Positions 30,264-33,373 of a stretch of 33,373 nucleotides of DNA are shown here, piece after piece. The DNA is taken from positions 1 to 33,373 of the IMG/VR virus record IMGVR_UViG_3300045988_023555. One strand, 5' to 3'. Position numbers and translations under genes: made by a program. The notes beneath the pieces are model-generated. The model was not told where the DNA came from, made no database searches, and saw nothing but the letters and a program-made list of their open reading frames with translations. This DNA comes from a virus. How positions within the stretch are numbered: position 1 is the stretch's first letter; every line of letters begins with the position of its first letter.

Positions 30264-30358
30264 TACATCATTCCCAAGAGTTTAAGAATTGCCACGACGA
30301 TTCCTGCGCCGTAAAGTCCCATAAGGTTGAGTAGATTATACAGTATTGCAATAATCAT
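30263..30358 (-). CDS. 31-aa hydrophobic peptide between the holin and the head gene
   Basis: The start forms an ATGA overlap with the holin stop, and the stop forms a TAATG overlap with the next start. Translation: MIIAILYNLLNLMGLYGAGIVVAILKLLGMM. Confidence 0.4.
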   Translation of the reverse strand: MIIAILYNLLNLMGLYGAGIVVAILKLLGMM

Positions 30359-30642
30359 TCTCCCGTGTCCTCCTTTGCGTCGCCCTGCTCGTGGAGGAAC
30401 TTATCGGCGGTCTGTGCTGCTTCCGTGAAGCTGTTATTCTTCCAGTATGCAGAGATTCCGACGAGTACCGAGAAAATAACGCTGACGATTGTGTAAAGCT
30501 CGTTGTAATCTGCGGGAATAGGTGCTTTGCCAGCCGCCGAAAGTGCCATGTTGACAAACGAGATAATGAGCAGGATGCCTCTAACCCATGTGCCCACTTT
30601 GACATTGCTGATGTTTGCGAAAATGTCCTTGATTTTGTCCAT
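30355..30642 (-). CDS. Holin (phi LC3-family-like)
   Basis: 95 aa with two TM segments and the motif YWKNNSFTEAAQ. It lies directly downstream of the endolysin. Confidence 0.75.
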   Translation of the reverse strand: MDKIKDIFANISNVKVGTWVRGILLIISFVNMALSAAGKAPIPADYNELYTIVSVIFSVLVGISAYWKNNSFTEAAQTADKFLHEQGDAKEDTGE

Positions 30643-30651
30643 TGTGTTACC

Positions 30652-31644
30652 TCACATTTTTAAATATTTTATAGCAACCCACGACATTATATCAGAAAGC
30701 AATGCTTCTCTTACTCCGTTGTGAGTTTCTATTTTACTGACTGTGTGCTTCTTTGGCGCAAGCTGTTCTTTTGGAACTGCCTTGCCTCTTGCCGCCGTGA
30801 GTCCGCCGTAGGTCGCGCCCGGCTGAATAGTGACCGTCGAGCCAATGGCTATATTTGCGGACGACTGCACAACGGTAAGGTCGGAGACATAGACCCATGA
30901 GCGAATTTCCTTGAGCAGTGCTCGGCTTCCGCTGACGGTCTTGACCGTGTGCTTTTTAAGCTTGACCCACACCGGTATTCTCTGTCCGGTCGCGTACTTG
31001 CTGCCTTTTATTTTGACGATATCCCCCGCCCTGACGGTTGTTCTCGGTTTGTCCTCGCTCGGCTTGACTGCCGGAGCGGACTTTTTCTTTATGCCGTAAA
31101 AATCGGCGATAGCCTTGACAATAGCCTCTGCGCACTGTCTCTGTCCTGCGGCGGTCTCGACGTGCTTGCGGTCGCTCGCGGTGTCAATGAATACGGTCTC
31201 AATCAGCAGGCTCTCGCACTTGCATGAGCGGACAAATCCAAAATAGTCCGTGCCGTTTGACGGATTGATTTTGACCTTGGCGCCTCTATCGCGGATGCCG
31301 AAAGCGTTAGCTATGCTCTTGCTGATTGCTCCGGCGAGCTTTTTGCCCGTTGCGCTCTTGTGCTTATAGTAGACCTCCGAGCCTGTGCCGCCTGCGGCGT
31401 TAAGGTGGATTTCAATCGCGAGGTCATAGCCGTGTTTGTTGACATGTGCTATGCGCTCGGTCAGATAAAGCGTCGCGTCATAGTTGATAACGTCAGCTGT
31501 GCAATTGTAGCCTTTGAACACTTCTCCTATGTACTTGCCTATCTCGCGTCCTATTTTAAACTCCTGATAGTTTCCGCCGAGAGCGCCGCTGTCATAGCCG
31601 CCCTTGGCTGATTTGCCGTGACCGATTGATACGCAGATATTCAT
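30652..31644 (-). CDS. Endolysin: N-acetylmuramoyl-L-alanine amidase (Amidase_3) with two SH3-like wall-binding repeats
   Basis: The N-terminus ICVSIGHGKSAKGGYDSGA...AIEIHLNA fits Amidase_3. Two C-terminal repeats are GDIVKIKGSKYATGQRIPVWV... and GSTVTIQPGATYGG... An AGGAGG RBS precedes the start. Confidence 0.85.
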   Translation of the reverse strand: MNICVSIGHGKSAKGGYDSGALGGNYQEFKIGREIGKYIGEVFKGYNCTADVINYDATLYLTERIAHVNKHGYDLAIEIHLNAAGGTGSEVYYKHKSATGKKLAGAISKSIANAFGIRDRGAKVKINPSNGTDYFGFVRSCKCESLLIETVFIDTASDRKHVETAAGQRQCAEAIVKAIADFYGIKKKSAPAVKPSEDKPRTTVRAGDIVKIKGSKYATGQRIPVWVKLKKHTVKTVSGSRALLKEIRSWVYVSDLTVVQSSANIAIGSTVTIQPGATYGGLTAARGKAVPKEQLAPKKHTVSKIETHNGVREALLSDIMSWVAIKYLKM

Positions 31645-32072
31645 TTTTTAACCTCCTCGAAATAAATTCCGACTAACTGCGACGGTACATAGTGCAGTAT
31701 AGTACCTTGACCGTTGCTGTCGTCGCGTATACACTTGTAAATTTTGCCGCCGTCGAGATAATACTTGTCCTTGAAATACCGCATGCCAGCAGCGGCGGTT
31801 ATCGGGTTATCTATCGTGCCGTCCTTGCCGACCGTTATCTTTTCCCAATGTGCGGCGACATTTTCCGGCTGCCATGTCGGGTTTGCTGTTATGGCGTTGT
31901 AACACTTATACAGCCCGCTCGGTCTGCGGACTATACTACCGACAGCATAATCGACATACCCGCTCCACAGCGGATAAAGCTCTGCATATTCCAAAGCTTC
32001 TGCGTCCGTAGTGACCTTCGTCAACACGCCGTCTATCTTGTCGCGATAGGCTTTTGCTTCTGCTCGCGTCAT
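31641..32072 (-). CDS. Hypothetical protein with a carbohydrate-binding-like (CBM5/12-like) pattern
   Basis: Aromatic spacing (YAVGSIVRRPSGLYKCYNAITANPTWQPENVAAHWEKI) is repeated in weaker form as YYLDGGKIYKCI. Confidence 0.4.
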   Translation of the reverse strand: MTRAEAKAYRDKIDGVLTKVTTDAEALEYAELYPLWSGYVDYAVGSIVRRPSGLYKCYNAITANPTWQPENVAAHWEKITVGKDGTIDNPITAAAGMRYFKDKYYLDGGKIYKCIRDDSNGQGTILHYVPSQLVGIYFEEVKK

Positions 32073-32290
32073 ATATCTGCACCCCCTGTGATTATTTCCA
32101 GTGCTTCGGAATCGGGAATTTCTTCTTCGACAATCAGATACGCTTGATATTCCGCCTCTGTCACCTCCGTGAAATCCGCCTCCGACAGCGATTTCGCCGG
32201 AATAATCTCGCCGGGATAAATCTCACCCGTGTGGATGTTTTTTAAATGCATTTTATCTGACGGGAAAATCACTCTGTTAATTGTTGTCAT
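32069..32290 (-). CDS. Hypothetical small protein
   Basis: I take the start at ATG 32290, about 6-8 nt after the GTGAGGTG RBS. The track start at 32299 abuts the RBS. Confidence 0.4.
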   Translation of the reverse strand: MTTINRVIFPSDKMHLKNIHTGEIYPGEIIPAKSLSEADFTEVTEAEYQAYLIVEEEIPDSEALEIITGGADI

Positions 32291-32300
32291 GCACATCACC

Positions 32301-33131
32301 TCACGCTATTGTCCAGTTTTTGGCGGTGATTGCCGCTGCTATCGTTACCGCGCCCGCGTCCGTTGATTCGCACGACACATACAGATTTGTGCTTGCATCC
32401 AGCTTGACATAGTTAGCATAAATCATACCAGTGTCGGCGGTTTTTAGGTCGGCATTGAGCGTCAGCGTCAAAGCGTCTTGTCCCGTGCGGTCTTTTAAAG
32501 CGTTAAGAACATTAACGCACGAGGCTATATTAATGGCAGACTGATAGCTTAGGTTGAGCGAGACATTGACTGTGTCTGCTTTTATTTCAATGTCAGTCAA
32601 CCCACTTTGCGACGCGAAAACATTGCTCGCGCTTGTCACTGAGGTGAAGTCAAGCCCGACTATCTTTTTTAAAGCTGTGTTTTTACCCGTGCCGCCACAG
32701 GCGAATGCCTCTAAGACGGATTTTACTTTTGAGAAATTGCCCTTAAATACTATTTCAGTAAGACTGTGCACGGCTTTGTTACCAAACATCGAACTAATAC
32801 TTGTAAGCTTATCGCTTACTGTTAACTCGATTCTTGTCAGCGGGGTAAACCTCGCACTGGCGAACGACCCCCGTAAGCTTGTGACATTAGGAATGTTGGC
32901 GACAAGCTCAGTGATTGTCGAGTTATCGCTTAATTTAAAAGATTCCAAAGATTCAAACGCCTCGAACGGGTTGCCGCCGCCTGAGCTTATCGCGTCAACC
33001 GCATCACCAAAACCTTTGGCGGAGTCCCATGCTATCTGGTTAGTGCTGCCTGTCTTGTTGCGGATGCGGTTAGCTGTGTGGGTCATAGCGGCGTCAAGCG
33101 CGGCGGAGTCAACTACCTTGTCGTATGCCAT
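32301..33131 (-). CDS. Hypothetical fibre-associated protein with leucine-rich-repeat-like segments (possible receptor-binding protein)
   Basis: 276 aa. The start overlaps the fibre stop (TGATG). Repeated L..I...F....L..I-type segments are present. The call is by position only. Confidence 0.4.
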   Translation of the reverse strand: MAYDKVVDSAALDAAMTHTANRIRNKTGSTNQIAWDSAKGFGDAVDAISSGGGNPFEAFESLESFKLSDNSTITELVANIPNVTSLRGSFASARFTPLTRIELTVSDKLTSISSMFGNKAVHSLTEIVFKGNFSKVKSVLEAFACGGTGKNTALKKIVGLDFTSVTSASNVFASQSGLTDIEIKADTVNVSLNLSYQSAINIASCVNVLNALKDRTGQDALTLTLNADLKTADTGMIYANYVKLDASTNLYVSCESTDAGAVTIAAAITAKNWTIA

Positions 33132-33373
33132 CAGTAACTACCTCCTGTCCACTTTGGCAGAGCGGCTATGACATCATTAACAATCTCTTGCTTGTCCGAT
33201 TTCGTCCAATAGTCAGTGCCCTTGACGGGTGTTTTGCCGTCTGTGCCCGTTGCTCCCGTGTCGCCCCTTGCGCCAGCAACTCCGCGAGACGGTTTCCCGG
33301 TGTCTGTATTGCCAATGTACCAATTTCCATTGTCGCCAATGTGCGGGGTGACACCGTTCTCGCCACGAGACGG
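33131..33373 (-). CDS. Collagen-like tail fibre, 3' part (continuation of 1-784 across the junction)
   Basis: My translation reads ...PSRGENGVTPHIGDNGNWYIGNTDTGKPSRGVAGARGDTGATGTDGKTPVKGTDYWTKSDKQEIVNDVIAALPKWTGGSY*. The listed 33166-33366 ORF is a different frame. Confidence 0.75.
   Translation of the reverse strand, partial: PSRGENGVTPHIGDNGNWYIGNTDTGKPSRGVAGARGDTGATGTDGKTPVKGTDYWTKSDKQEIVNDVIAALPKWTGGSY
33319..33373. repeat. 55-bp terminal direct repeat, identical to 1-55
   Basis: Exact match to the window start. Confidence 0.9.

Noticed and set aside
33166-33366. 66-aa minus-strand ORF listed at the window end
   Set aside because: It is in the wrong frame. The frame encoding GENGVTPHIGDNGNWYIGNTDTGKPSRG... 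continues the fibre gene from 1-784 and ends at 33131 in a coupled overlap with the next gene.
1-33373. Search for integrase, reverse transcriptase/DGR, CRISPR, tRNA and toxin-antitoxin pairs of known type
   Set aside because: None of the ORF translations shows recombinase, RT (YxDD) or Cas motifs. I saw no template/variable repeat pair with A-biased mismatches. Absence is based on inspection by eye only and should be confirmed with profile searches and tRNAscan.

Overview
This window looks like a complete tailed-phage (siphovirus-type) genome. The first 55 bp are identical to the last 55 bp, so the contig closes into a circle with a unit length of 33,318 bp. The junction falls inside a collagen-like tail-fibre gene. 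Nearly all genes are on the minus strand. In transcription order they are: small terminase (putative), large terminase, portal, an inserted fibre plus lysis block (collagen-like fibre, LRR-like protein, carbohydrate-binding-like protein, Amidase_3 endolysin, holin), Mu F-like head protein, scaffold, major capsid, connectors, major tail protein, G/GT chaperones, tape measure, Dit and Tal. After these come an XhlA-like membrane pair, a metallophosphoesterase, a regulatory hub, and an early region with recombination and replication genes (Sak/Rad52-like annealase, NinB-like, SSB, DnaD-like organizer, DnaC-like loader, RusA). The early region ends with an HTH protein, a lipoprotein and a ParB-domain DNA methyltransferase. 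I found no integrase, no CI-type repressor, no tRNA and no CRISPR array. Gene content suggests a Bacillota (Clostridia-like) host, which is an inference. The main non-routine observations are: (1) the tape measure gene is split by a ~1.09-kb element that looks like a group I intron carrying an HNH homing endonuclease with its own promoter; (2) the only plus-strand genes form a six-gene island of unknown function (14137-16561), bracketed by direct copies of a conserved consensus-promoter block; (3) that promoter/UP-element/leader block is reiterated around the genome; (4) a gene-poor hub (16558-17047) holds three promoters, two terminators, two candidate small RNAs and a 43-aa hydrophobic peptide; (5) a free-standing HNH gene is flanked by 48-bp repeats that duplicate the 5' end of rusA; (6) iteron-like repeats and an AT-rich tract lie inside the replication-organizer gene. 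All functional calls rest on motif recognition by eye and on synteny. No database search was run.
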